64,000 nt of DNA, from positions 62,001 to 126,000 of the forward strand of contig QPGO01000022.1 of the NCBI GenBank assembly GCA_008632985.1, given 5' to 3'. This DNA is from Psammoneis japonica. Taxonomy: Eukaryota. A program made the position numbers and the translations under genes. A model generated the notes under the pieces. The model searched no databases, was not told the origin of the DNA, and was given only the letters and a program-made list of their open reading frames with translations. Shown here piece by piece: positions 51,009 to 63,587 of this stretch (positions within the stretch are counted from its first letter, which is position 1; every line of letters starts with the position of its first letter).

Positions 51009-52035
51009 GACGATCAATCGACCTTACAAGCTGTAACAAAAAGCAACAATGATCTTTAGTGAATAAGAAAACGATATAAAATGATAAGACACAAAGAGAA
51101 CTTACCGTCGCAACGTTGTCGACCGTAATCACTGTCTCGGGTGAAGCTGAAGGAGAAGTTGAGATTCGGTCCGATGGGTGCGACATCCGTTGCGCAGATG
51201 GTACGGACACGTTCTACCACCATGACTTTCTTCTTCACTTCTCTCTCACATGCTATAAAAGCGACAAGTCTCCAAGGTCGCTACACCTCTCGATCATCGA
51301 CACTCTTTCGTACGTAGTGTTATTATGAGAGCTTGTTATCACGCACGATTGAAATCTTTCGCCAAATCGACCGACCGTACGAGACGATCAATCGACCTTA
51401 CAAGCTGTAACAAAAAGCAACAATGATCTTTAGTGAACAAGAAAACGATATAAAATGATAAGACACAAAGAGAACTTACCGTCGCAACGTTGTCGACCGT
51501 AATCACTGTCTCGGGTGAAGCCGAAGGAGAAGTTGAGATTCGGTCCGATGGGTGCGACATCCGTTGCGCAGATGGTACGGACACGTTCTACCACCATGAC
51601 TTTCTTCTTCACTTCTCTCTCACATGCTATAAAAGCGACAAGTCTCCAAGGTCGCTACACCTCTCGATCATCGACACTCTTTCGTACGTAGTGTTATTAT
51701 GAGAGCTTGTTATCACGCACGATTGAAATCTTTCGCCAAATCGACCGACCGTACGAGACGATCAATCGACCTTACATGCTGTAACAAAAAGCAACAATGA
51801 TCTTTAGTGAACAAGAAAACGATATAAAATGATAAGACACAAAGAGAACTTACCGTCGCAACGTTGTCGACCGTAATCACTGTCTCGGGTGAAGCCGAAG
51901 GAGAAGTTGAGATTCGGTCCGATGGGTGCGACATCCGTTGCGCAGATGGTACGGACACGTTCTACCACCATGACTTTCTTCTTCACTTCTCTCTCACATG
52001 CTATAAAAGCGACAAGTCTCCAAGGTCGCTGCACC
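51009..52035. repeat. 374-bp tandem repeat, ~2.7 near-identical copies
   Basis: Units start at 51009, 51383 and 51757. Each carries, on the minus strand, a short exon-like segment followed by GTAAGT...TTACAG. Confidence 0.95.
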
Positions 52036-52439
52036 CATCATTGCGATGTCATTGCCATTCTCGATCATCGACACTCTTACTCTCTTTCGTGTGATTATGA
52101 CGACAGAAATCGTTTTCGCCAAAAATCGGAAACGGTTGGATAGTTTTTAGTTTTGTACAGAAAATGCGATAGTAATGCTGTACGTAGAATCAATACCATG
52201 ACCTAGTATGTAGAACATCGGAAGGACGAGCAGACGAGCCGTGCGCAGACGTAGGTAGACAAGCCGCACGGAAACATTCAACATGTGACGAAGATCTCAC
52301 GCGGACAAAAAGGCAAAGAGAGCAGAATTTGATCCCTTCGAATGGATCCGATCGCGCAGAAAGATGTCGGATGTCGCATCACGCATCAGCCGGCCATGGC
52401 TCATGCAAACATGACACCCCACTGCCGCTGATGGCCGAC

Positions 52440-53880
52440 GGCTTTTGAGATCTTCGGGCTACACAACACTTCCCGTGTTCGCTGGGCTGGCAAATCTCTC
52501 TCCTCAAGAAGACTGACTCCTGTTTGCCCCAATCTCACCACTGGTTCAACACAAGAACAAGAGCCGGCACAGCAGGGCCCAGCATGAAGTTTGCACAAGG
52601 GTGCTAAATGTGACGGACTCGTCATTGTTCAACAAGGCACCATCAAGACAGTCAATGTTTCGATTGGTGATGCCAAGGTGCAGGACTTGACCTTTGGTTG
52701 CAATGGAGTCTTTTTGGGGGCAGAATCTCACCCAAGACGAAAAGCCATGGCCAGGCGACGCGAGGGCGCTGACGGACGGAGTCATGTTTTACCTTTCACG
52801 AGACAACTTTGTCAAGGTGGTGGGTGGACTCGATCTAGACAAGTTCATTGCCAAGAGCTTGTACAAGCACATGCTGGTGCGTTTTTGACAGTGTCTCACG
52901 ATGAAAACAAGCACATCTTTTTCCGACAAGAGGCAAGGTCGTGACGCATCCAACGATTTACATTGTCATTTCGGGAACAGTTTTGGTGTCCACCAACAGT
53001 TTGTCAGGCGGAATGACCAAGATTCTTGAATCAAATGGCATGTTTGGACACGAACAACTCGCACCAGAAACAAAAGGAGAGCCCACAAAAGCGACATGCC
53101 GGCACACCATTGCAGCGGCTCAAGACGTGACAATGGGTGTCTTGACTCTGGAGGATGTCAAAGGGGTCATTTTAGATCAAGCAAGACTGAGCAGAAAGAT
53201 TGAAGAGGCACCCACCAAACCGGGATGTTCGATTCAACTCGATTCCTTGAAAATGCTCAAACCACTGGGAGCGGGTGCCTTTGGACAAGTGTGGCCAGTT
53301 TGTGAAAGTGACAACCCAAACACCGGCGCAACAAAAAACTGCTCATCAAGAAGGCAACGCCAAGCAGCAGCAATGGCAGCCAAAAAGCAGGCAAAGCGAT
53401 GTGTGTGCTCAAGGTCCAACACAAGCATGACACACTGAAGTGCAACCAAGCAACGGGAGCACTGGAGGAGAAAGCAATTGTGCAAAAGATGGGTCATCCC
53501 TTTGTCATGCGTCTGCTCGATTCGCACAAGGACGAGGAGTGTCATCACATGCTGGTCAATCCATTTCAAGGTGCAGAGCTGTCCAGCATTGTTCACACAC
53601 ATGAATTTGACAGTGTTCCCAAGGATGAGGTTGTTTTCCATGCCGCGGCAGTGTGACATGCTGGACAGTGATGGATGTTGTGTTTTAATCGATCTTGGTT
53701 TTGGTGAGCATTGCACAGGTGTCATTTGGCGGCAGAGGTGTGACTCTTTTAAATGCCGAGGAATGTCTTCTCATGTTGTTTGCTCATTGCTTCTTGAGTC
53801 CCCCACAGCCTTCAGCGCACAGGGTCGTGATGCCGATCACGACCAAGAGGAGATTTGGAACAAAATTGTCAATGCTTCCA
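52440..53880 (+). pseudogene. cGMP/cAMP-dependent protein kinase (cNMP-binding + AGC kinase) remnant
   Basis: cNMP-like 'DGLVIVQQGTIK' and 'IYIVISGTV..GMFGHE'. Kinase motifs 'LGAGAFGQVW', 'VCVLKVQHK..EEKAIVQKMGHPFVMRL..QGAEL..FHAAAV' and 'MLDSDGCCVLIDLGF'. Deletions and frameshifts present. Confidence 0.85.
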
Positions 53881-53967
53881 CTTTTTCGGCATGATGATCC
53901 CCCGACTGAAAGTGCGGGAAGTGGCATCAGCCTGACTGCTGCAAGTGCGAGAGCTTCTCGGTCGACG

Positions 53968-54616
53968 ATGGCTCAAACCTCCAACACAAGTTCTCCAGAC
54001 AACAATGTCGTGGTCATGGACAGCGGATGTGACTTGCATGATGAGTCGTTTCCAAAGCAATTTGACACTGGCCTGATTTCACGTGAAGAATGCAATGAGA
54101 AAATGCAGCAACTCAGAGAACGCTTGGACGAGTGGAAATGCGGAAGAGCGACTGTTGCGATTCCAACCATTGCCTTGTTTGTTCTTGTTGCCTTTTTGCG
54201 GCCCACTTCACTGCCCATTTTTGGAGCAGCCCACTGTTTGATCATCCTGGGTGCATTGCAGCCATGGCTGTGACCATTGCTTCTGTATTTTGCCTCCTCT
54301 GTCGGCACTCACAACGGGAATTGCAGAAGCCAGTGGCAGACGTTGAAGACTTGCATCAACTCTGGAGAGGCCGAGGCATCCACGTGACAATGAAATGATG
54401 TGCAAATGTCGCCCAATCAATCCCACATGTGCAACGTTCATCAAGAGCAATGCATGGAGGCAACCTGCATCTGGGTCAAATTGTTGTTGCATCGTCATGA
54501 CACTGATCGATGAAAATGAGGAAGATGTGCAAGACAATGTGAGCACAGGAACAATCATGACTGACGCAGCCGCTAGAGTGGAAGCGGCGATGAAGCAAAC
54601 GAGGAGGGAGAGGTGA
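53968..54616 (+). pseudogene. Small membrane protein remnant, Erf4/Golgin-A7-like
   Basis: 'ESFPKQFDTGLISREECNEKMQQLRERL', two hydrophobic stretches, then 'LWRGRGIHV'. Frameshifted. Confidence 0.4.
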
Positions 54617-56052
54617 ATGTTGCAGATGATGTCATTTGGAAGCAGCGTGTTGGGTTGTTGCGCACTGCGCAAGCAGCAGCTTGGATTGACTGAAGCTTTT
54701 TGAAAAGTTCAAGCCATGAAATCATGAGCGTTGATTTTAAATGGCGCGTTTTGTGCTTCACGCACAGGAGCCTCGGGACATCCTTTGAAGCCGTGCAAGC
54801 CCGCCTTGACATGCTGTGGCCCTGCCAGAGCAGAACTTGCCACACAGCGGATGCCATCTTTCATGAGAGCAGCAATCGGCAGCTGTTCTTTAACCGAATC
54901 GGAGTCATGGGATGGCATCTGTTTTCCAACTGAATCGTTGCTCTAAAGTGAGATCAACGACCAGCATGCACGCTGGGTACAAAAATGGGAACGTTTGCAA
55001 GAGTTTCGCATGGAAGGACTCACGATGATAAAATGCTACACAGAAAATGGTCTCTGTCGGTGGGTCTAGTTTATGAAAAGGATTCACGCTTTTTGACAAA
55101 CCAAGCAACAACAACGAGTGCAGCTTTCCGTCTCAGTTGCTTGTCCTCGATCCGCACAGCAACTTGAGCTGCGCTTTCACTCCGAATTGGACGCCACAAC
55201 AGAGCACAGATCTGCAGAGCATTTCAAGCAGTTTGGAAGAAAGAGAGCCCGTGAAGCAAGGTGGCAAAACATGAGAGGGAGATCTTGTTCAGGAAGCCTT
55301 GCCAGCCAAATCCATTTGCCGTCAAGCATGATGATCTCATCACTCTTGCAAAAGACACTGCAACTGTCAATGGCACCGGAACAAAAGAAAATGGCAAGTG
55401 TCTCTCGCAAGATCTTTTGCTTCGTCGAAACCAACCATAAATTTTTTTATAAAAGCACTTGGCAGCCTCAAGTTGGAGCAGTCCTTTGACATTGAATCTC
55501 AATTCCATGGATGGACGGTTGTCTTGTTGTTCTCCCGAACCGTTGCTGGTTCATGTCGCGACAACAAGAAGCCACCCACACAAAATGCTGATGATTCTTC
55601 CACCTCAGTGTCATCACATTGACTTTAACTAAGATGGAAGGGTCACAGAGTTTACTTTCCATGCAGCCGACCGAGCCCAAGGAACAACTGAGGTGCTTGC
55701 GGCGAAGCGTTTGTCTTTTCATTGTGGAGTTGGTAAACACCACCACCTTTTCCTGAGGGCAAACAATGCAGAAGAGTCTTGGGTGCCATCTTGCTTCCTC
55801 GATTGGTTGTTTTCCGCAAAGTGCATGTCTCGCAAGCAAGAGCTGGTTGTGGCAGAAAAAGCTTGAGCTCAAAATGATCAATCCTTACATTCTGACTTGC
55901 ATCGGAGGATGCATTGAAGTCAATGCTGCGCATCCTGGGCCATCAGTTTGGCGGGGCCAGCAGATGCTTTCGCAGCATGAGGCGGGGTGGACTGGTGGAC
56001 CACGACGACTTTTGAACTTTTGTCACTGGCGAGAGTGAGTGCTGACAAATGA

Positions 56053-56632
56053 TGCCTCTCTGTCACGTTTGTCGTTCGGTTGTCACAAAGGTGGGCGGTC
56101 GTGGCGGCAGGCATTCGTTGAACTCCAACACAGCACACACGGTGGAACAGTGCGTTCTGGCAATGACCAAGGTGCAGCAAGCCAGGATGGTTGCTCAACG
56201 ACAAGTCATTGCCACTGGACAACACTTGCACAGCGCATGTGCCACAAGCCCAATGATCCACATGTCCCCATCCATGTTGATCAAATTGCGGTCTGAATGG
56301 TTTGGCCTTGCATCTGACTGCAAGAGGCCCGGGCTCTGCTGAGAGCACCCATGTCGTCCCTTGCACGACAGCGTCGTTGCCCTCTCTGTCATGTTCATTG
56401 TTCGGTTCTCACAAAGTTGGGCCATCGTGGCGGCAAGTGTGCATTGAACTCCAAAACCAGCACACACTGGTGGAACAGCTCGCACTGGCGCATGTGCCAC
56501 AAGCCCAATGATCCACGTGCCCCTGCCCTGCACAGTGAGATCCATGTGTTGGGCAAATTACGGTCTGAATGGTTTGGCCTTGCATCTCACTGCAAGAGGC
56601 CTGGGCTCTGCCAAGTGCCCATGTCATCCCTT
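56053..56632 (+). repeat. Diverged ~250-320-bp tandem duplication
   Basis: 'CTCTCTGTCA.GTT..TTCGGTT.TCACAAAG.TGGGC..GCATGTGCCACAAGCCCAATGATCCAC..GGTCTGAATGGTTTGGCCTTGCATCT.ACTGCAAGAGGCC' occurs twice. Confidence 0.8.
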
Positions 56633-56999
56633 GGTCGCAAAGGTCGAACTCCCCAGAGATCACTCAGTGACTCCCATCTGCCGCTCGGCACATTGCCTGG
56701 TCTCTCATGCAAGCAGGGTCCCATCAAACTGACTGCACCTGACGCTTTTCAAAGAGGTGGGTCAAGTGCTGGGATGCACTCTGCTGCTGGCACAGAAGAA
56801 GACCTTGTTCATGACACGTGCACATGTGAGTGTCACTTGGCTGCCGCAACTCTCTTCTTTGTAAGTCAAGCTCCATCTCTGTCCAGCTTGTGTCTTTCCT
56901 TGATGATGACAGTGTGTTTTCTGCCGAGCAATGGGCACATGTGTGTTGTTTTGATGCAAAGTGCTCAAAACTAGTTGCACATCATGTGGTCAAAGACAG

Positions 57000-59900
57000 C
57001 AAGAGGCAATCCTCGATCAAAATCTTTGTTCCATTGCATTGGCATGAGCCGCCAACTGCCACGGTCCAAAATTAAACTTGTTGTTCTTCCTGAATGCAAA
57101 ACTCGAGATTGGAGTCCTCGTCTTTGCCCTCTCTTTTGGACACAGTGTGACTGCTCAAACCATGCTGTGCTTTTGGCACAACTTGCTGTGGAAACTGGTG
57201 CAAGATCCAGTTTCAAACAATGGACGACATGCGTGTGGCAGCACTGGTGGTCTCATGCTGACACTGCATGAGATCATGCAGGAAAAAGTTGGTGACTTTC
57301 ATGTCTGTCATGGACAGGAAGTGAGTGATTTTCTTGCTGGCAAACAAGGTGAGCCAGAGATTCATGCTGGTGCCAGTTGTTGTGGAGATGGCTGCCAAAT
57401 TGCCCCAAACATCAAGCACCCATGGAAAAGCATGTGCAAATGATCTGGGACACATGAAGCAACAATTCATGAATCTGAGGAAGGATCTCCAAACTGAGCT
57501 TGCTCCATCGTTTCTTGCCAGCTCTGCACAAGATCATTGCTTTGCAGATCTGAGTTGGCCAATGATGACTGCGGTTGCATCAAGCACAGAAAGATGCCAT
57601 CCATGTGGCAGTTGTCATGATGATCCACCCAAGCAGCAGAAAGAGGAGCCATGACAATGTCTGCCATGTCATCATTGGAGGCAACTGGTGGAGATTGGCA
57701 GGCTCTTGGGGGACCAGTCAAGGTTTCTTTCCATGCAGAAAACCTTGTTGTGGACTGGCGCTCTGCTCCATCATCCCAAAGAACAGTCCTGTTGTCCCCC
57801 GTTTGCACACATGACTGAGCAAGCCTTGATGGCACCAACTGAATCAAAGGGCACCAGCAACTGTCCATTGTTGTTCTTCGGTTTTTCAAGGAAACAGAGC
57901 TGGCATCTCCAGGGACTTGTCAAGAACTTTCTCATCATGCTTGCACTGTTGTGCAGCTCAAATGCAGCATTGACTGTGATGCTCCTCCAGGCAAAGGCAT
58001 TGCACACTGGCATCCCTTGGTTGCAAGAGTTGCTGTCAATCTGGGTGAAAAAAACATGGACACTCTTGCGGACTCTGTCATGTTGTTCACCCCCAAGGCA
58101 TTGTGCGCACACACAGCAGAGCAAACATTGCCACCAAGATTGTTCCTGGTCAGGGTGCCCCTCAAAGCATTGAAAAACCGATTCAAAAACTTGACAATCT
58201 CATGGAAGAAGATGTGGGTTGCTGACAGGTGCATCAGGGGTGTCCATTTGCATCTGCTGCACCATGCATCATTTTTTGTTGGCACCACACCATCATGTGC
58301 AAAACCTTTGTTGCTTTCTCTGGAGAGAGTTTGGAGACAGGTGTCATCACCTTGAGCAGGATCAGCGCTGGGTGACAGACCTGTGCCTGTGCTCCATTTC
58401 TCAGATTGTTTGCTTCTTCAGGTCTGAGTTGGATCTCTTGCAGTGTCCACATCCTTGTGTTGAGAGGCCCTCCAAATCAAGTCTCAATGACACCTGCTGC
58501 AGCTCTTTGTTTTCTGTCACATTGACTTGAGCAAATCTCTCAATGTGATGCCAGCAAGCTCTGCATTGGCATTGGTGTGTGTCCACCCCCAATCTCAGCA
58601 CTTGGCAGTTGGACAGGTGGGAATGGATCAAGTCGAAACATGCACAACGAGAAAGGGTCATGACCCACAGGCATCACTAAAAGATGGTTGTCTCTGATGT
58701 TGAGCTGCAAACATGATTGATTTTAGCTGCAGGGGAGTTGTGCAGTGCAAATGGACATTGCACTTTGACATGCCCAACCTGTTTGTGTGCTTTTCTTCCT
58801 TCACCTGGCCATGTGTGGTTGTGCCTTGCAAGAGATTGCCAACAGCATTGTTTTGCAAGTTCAATCTGCACATGCAGAAGCTGCGCTTGCTGTTCACTGG
58901 TCCAATGCCATCACTGCACTGGTTGGATGGAGCTGTGTCATTGGAACAGTTCAAACTGCTCACTCTGAAGTTGCAGCTTCTGGGGCCAATCGTGGCGCCA
59001 AACCAAACCACAGCAAGCCCTGGAACCACTGCAAGACCACAATTTGACAGCTGTGTCTTTCTGGTCTTTGCACACATTCCATCCATTGCAACTCTTTCCA
59101 ATCATGGCTTGCACCCCGCAGAATTGAGTCACAAGTTGAGGCACATTGCCGTTTGCACCATGTGTCAAAACCAAAGCCCCCCAGAAAACCAAACCAATGT
59201 GTCAACCTCTTCATGACAATGGCAGAAAAAGATCCCCCATGAAAAAGACACATCCTCAACCTCCGCAAGACCCAAATTCTCACCGCCAAATTGCTGAAGC
59301 AGCCCCGTTCCCACTCTTCCTCCCTTTCAAGCTGACCCTCTCTGTGCCACCCTCTCATGCCTTGACACTGAAAATGATTCATCCTGCAGCTCCAAACTCA
59401 CCTCTGGTGTGTCTGCTTCCTTGGTCAACCCCTTGGTTCACAAACTTTTGCTGGCTCCTTCTTCTCTGCCGCCACTTCCACCCTCTCCAACAAGGTTGAC
59501 ATGCTCCTCTCTTGCTTTCATGACAAGCAAACTCAAGCTCAACTTTTCAAGCATTTCTTCACTCCTTCCTCTGTCCATCCACTTGGCAACAACTTTTGCC
59601 ACAGCTTTGATCCCAACAACCCACCCAATCGCTTCCTCTGGCCCTCCTCCTTTCAAGACTTTCTTCTTGCTGCTGCTCACTGATTTCTCCACTCTGTGCC
59701 ACCTCCCACACTGCTCCTCTCCCCAATCACCACTCCCTTGCCATTGCCCTCCTTCCTGCTTTGCTTGGGTGCTTTGGTCTTCATGATCCAGCTGCTGCTG
59801 CCACCCCTTTGTTTCTGATCTCACTCCTCCTCCGCCCCCTCTGCTTTGCATCTTGCAGCATCCAGCTGCCGTCAGGTGCTGCCGCCACCCTTCCTTGCTG

Positions 59901-60900
59901 CTTTGAGCTCTCCCTGTCTGCTTGGAACAACCCCCCCGCTTGACCTTGCGTCTTTGCATGATCTTCCGTTGCTGTTCCCCTGCTCTTGCTTCTGCCCCTG
60001 CCCTTTCTGCCTCCTCCCTGGCTGCCCTTGTCAAGTCGGCCACTCTTCCTGGCCTGGCCTGGCCTGCCATCAACATCATGAGCACCAGCAACAAATCATT
60101 GCTTCTGCTCTTGCCAGTGCTCCCTCTGACGTGCAAGTCTCTCTGCCTTTGCTGCTGTCCCTGCTCACCAGCTCACCACTTCATTCTCTCTCTCTCTTTC
60201 TTGCCACTCCAAGAGCTCTCATCTCACTTCTGATGCCTGTGTTGTTGCCACTCAGTGAAAACCCAATTCTTCCTCCCTCCCTTGCTGGTGTGCCTTGTCC
60301 CTGTGGCTGTGTTGCTTTGCTCAACAATGACAGCATCTTCCTTCTTCCTTTCTCTGTCAACCACCTCTTGGCAGCCTTGGATTCTTTGCCCATCACATCC
60401 TTTTTTGCTCTGTGCATTCATCTGCTTGCTCTCAACCCAAGCCTCCCTGGTCCTCTCCCTCTGATCTTTGCCGCTCTGATGCTTCTTGCTCTGCTTTCCT
60501 CTGTGCCATCATCTCCCTCTGCTCTCCTCCCATCTGCTGATTTTGTGTGGAATCACCTGTCCACTGAACGCTTTGGCACTGCATTCTGCACCACTTCTCC
60601 TTCTCAGTGGGCCATTCAAACCCTTGGTCACAGCATTGTCCTTCCCCTGCCTTGTCCAGCCCTTCTGCCAAGCGCCCCACGTCCTGCACTTGCTGCCCAT
60701 TCTTGTCTGCCGTCACTGCAGCTGTCTCCGTGCCCCTTCTGCTGTCCCCTTTTGCTCCACACAGGCTCTTTAACTCTGCACTTAGTTTAAAAGCGTGCCA
60801 AATGAAACTGCACACAAAACACAAACAAGAGCAATGTCAAGCATCAGCCGCACACCCAGCACCCGCACCCGTGCCATCCAACCATGAACTTTAGCACCGA
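57000..60900 (-). mobile_element. Very degenerate non-LTR retrotransposon (RT and RNase H-like remnants)
   Basis: Fragments in the expected order: 'CSNDTA..CSDGI', 'TNRLGMSK..PLQ', 'VSKLSPEKATKVL', then RNase H-like 'DG.F', 'WSKLSL' (YRSEL-like) and 'RHESHQ'. No intact catalytic motif; the upstream limit is a guess. Confidence 0.4.
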
Positions 60901-61106
60901 ATTCCTTTCCCTCCCCAAGGACAAGAGGCAGCTCTTGCTGGAGATGACCAAGTTTCTTGCAGAGTGGAGTAACAACCCAGTGCTGAAACACTCAACACAA
61001 CGCATTGATGCCACACGTGATCACTTTCGTCACACCCAAGAGTGAGCTTCTCGCATCATGACACTGCCTGCTGCTTGTTTCTGTCCTGCTGATTCATTCC
61101 AACATC

Positions 61107-61376
61107 TTGACATTTGCTGTTCTCCATGGAAGGGTGAGCGAAGATAAAGGAGAGAAGCTCAGTCAGGACTTGACGGAAGCCAACGAAGAGGTGGCCGACA
61201 CGGAGGCTGAAATCGAGGCTCAACAACGCGAGTTGTCTCGCGGCCAAGCGAAGCATGACTCGTTGCGCGACAAGCTCGCTGGCCGCAAAGATCGCGCTGC
61301 TTCAGCCGCTGGAGGGTGCGAGGATTGGAAGCAAGAACACATCAAGTTGACTCGCGAGCGGGAGGCGTGCTTGTGA
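61107..61376 (+). pseudogene. Coiled-coil protein fragment
   Basis: Heptad-like E/K/R/A-rich ORF 'LSQDLTEANEEVADTEAEIEAQQRELSR..LRDKLA'. Confidence 0.35.
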
Positions 61377-61650
61377 CATCTGGGTAAAAACCCACCCAGC
61401 AGGATCCGTGAGGATTGAGTCGTCGAAACCGTCGAACTCTTGGGGAGCTCCGACTACCATGCTACTGCCCGTACCGGTATGTTCAGTTCTGCTTCAATGT
61501 TGGGGGGCATGTCGTAAGGAAATGGATTTTGTAGAAGCTGTAGTCTGTAGAACAACTACATATATTTACTAGATCTAGGCCTAGAGATCAAACCGAACAC
61601 CTTCCAAAGTAGTCGTCTTAAAGATGTATGCGTCCCAACGAATTCATCAA

Positions 61651-61764
61651 ACATTTCCATTATTAGCGACAGGGAGAAACAAAAAGATACCTCCGCCGTC
61701 GTTGTTAACATTTCCATTTTTAGCGACAGGGAGAAACAAAAAGATACCTCCGCCGTCGTTGTTG
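61651..61764. repeat. 57-bp tandem duplication
   Basis: 'ACATTTCCATT.TTAGCGACAGGGAGAAACAAAAAGATACCTCCGCCGTCGTTGTT' occurs twice. Confidence 0.9.
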
Positions 61765-61899
61765 ACGATATCGGAGCGCTAGATTTTGTCCGAGATTGTG
61801 AATCGCCATCATTCTAGCATATACGAACATATCAATCGCGAGAGCTCTACAACAGAATCGCCAAAGCTAGCAAATTCTCCATCAAATGATGAAGAATAT

Positions 61900-63030
61900 G
61901 ATTTCAGCCATTGAAATCCACCACCAAACCATCGGTAGAATCCGGGAGCATCTGTAACTCTGCCTCGGTTGAACAACGTCATGGGGTCACTTCGATCGTC
62001 GTTTCAAATCGGATCGCCCTCCGGTGCCAAGTTTTCACGATACTATACATTGACATGATAGGTCCAGGAGTTCACGTGCCAGTGATGACACTGCCTGGTT
62101 TGCACCCGACAAGGTGATAGACACGGGTACATCGTTGCTTGGAGGCGGAACATCCCGAAACCACTGAGTATACGTGGACGAAAACGCCTTTACTTCAACT
62201 TGATCCAAGGCTTGATTGGCTCCCGTGTCTCGATTCTCATAGGGGCGGTCGGCCGTCTGTAACCCCAAGGGTACACCATCCATTCCAGCGTCCTTGCCAA
62301 CCGCGGTCCCACTCGACGTTGTGATTGCGGATCGCTTTTTACTGCTACTGTACGTGCATATCCAAGAGCACGAAATCAGGCAGCACGCTCGTCATGAACC
62401 GACGTGGCATGGACAATTCTAACATCGCATTTGACAACATCTTTTCCCAATTCCAAAGCCTTGTCCTTCGTGCTATTCTTTCAAGATTGTGTCAATCAGT
62501 CTGTCAAACGACATTTCGGCTCAATCTGCAAAGCCTCGTTCATATCATGGAGCAGCTCGACCCAGTCCGGTCGTTCGAAACCATGTTTGGTCTCTTTGAG
62601 AACACCAGACACAAGCAAGGCGTCTACTTGCGGAGCGTCCAATAAATTGTCGGTATCCCATTTTATCGCCCAATTTGGTTTCCCACAGAGACATGTATCT
62701 TGTAAGAGGCCCTCGGCTTTTGTCGTGACATTGTCTTTTGATGATGCTACGTTTGTTCGAAACGGTGCGGCACCACTGTAATACATGAATTCGACTGTAA
62801 CTTGCAGAGGAGCTACTTGACCGTGTGTACAAGAGATGGGATCGTGTACGATTCAAGCGAGCAGATACCTCGGCGGTCTCGGGGTTAACACCGTGCAAGG
62901 TTGAAATGGGCTCTTCTCCAATTCGAAAGCTTGGAGAAAAATTCAGCGAGGTCGATACGGACAGTAGCGTCGTGTTGCGGCATCTCGAAATTGTCGACGT
63001 TTCGCGGCGGTCTTTGCAGGTTTGGTTTTC
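61900..63030 (-). pseudogene. Frameshifted gene of unknown function
   Basis: Protein-like pieces in successive frames (62545-62898, 62496-62786, 'NHNVEWDRGWQGRWNGW', 62035-62283) with stops between them. Confidence 0.3.
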
Positions 63031-63587
63031 TTGATATTCCTGCAGCTTTGTGAGTTCTCTTCTTGAAGGAGTATGATTATGAAAAGCCGTACGACTTTCT
63101 GTTTGTTCTTTCTCTTCTTTAAGTCTCTACCAAGTCAACAAGGTAAACATGCCGTGTGATGAACTCCGCCGCAAATGCCAATCAGGATTCGCTACAAAGA
63201 GCATACTCTCTAGTACGTGCCTCACAACAGCCATGATTTTCCGTTTGAATCAAGAGGACGCGGAAAGGACTTTAAATTTTGAATTCATTGTTCGCCGAAT
63301 AGATTTTGTTCAAAAGATTCCCGGTCAAGTTGCTACTCCTACGTTGTCTTTGTTCCAATTAATCAATGACGAGAAGGACGTAGAAAAATGACAAATACAG
63401 CCGTAAACGTCGGTGCCGCAAGGATTGACATGATTGCAAGCGCTATTGACTGTTGTTGGACGGTGAATAGGGGCGTGATCACTTCATTTTTTGTTGTTTT
63501 GTTTATTTCAATGCATGCCATGCTTGGATGTGTAGAGATTGCAATCGCTATTCGAATGGTCAAGTGTAATGTACTGTACGTCCATCT

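Noticed and set aside
59438..60790. Long ORFs 59846-60790 (+) and 59438-60136 (-) as real genes
   Set aside because: They are low-complexity translations of a purine/pyrimidine-skewed, stop-depleted tract with no recognisable domain.
62035..62283. Fibro-slime domain ('YTQWFRDVP')
   Set aside because: Only one short motif resembles it, and the flanking conserved blocks are not seen.
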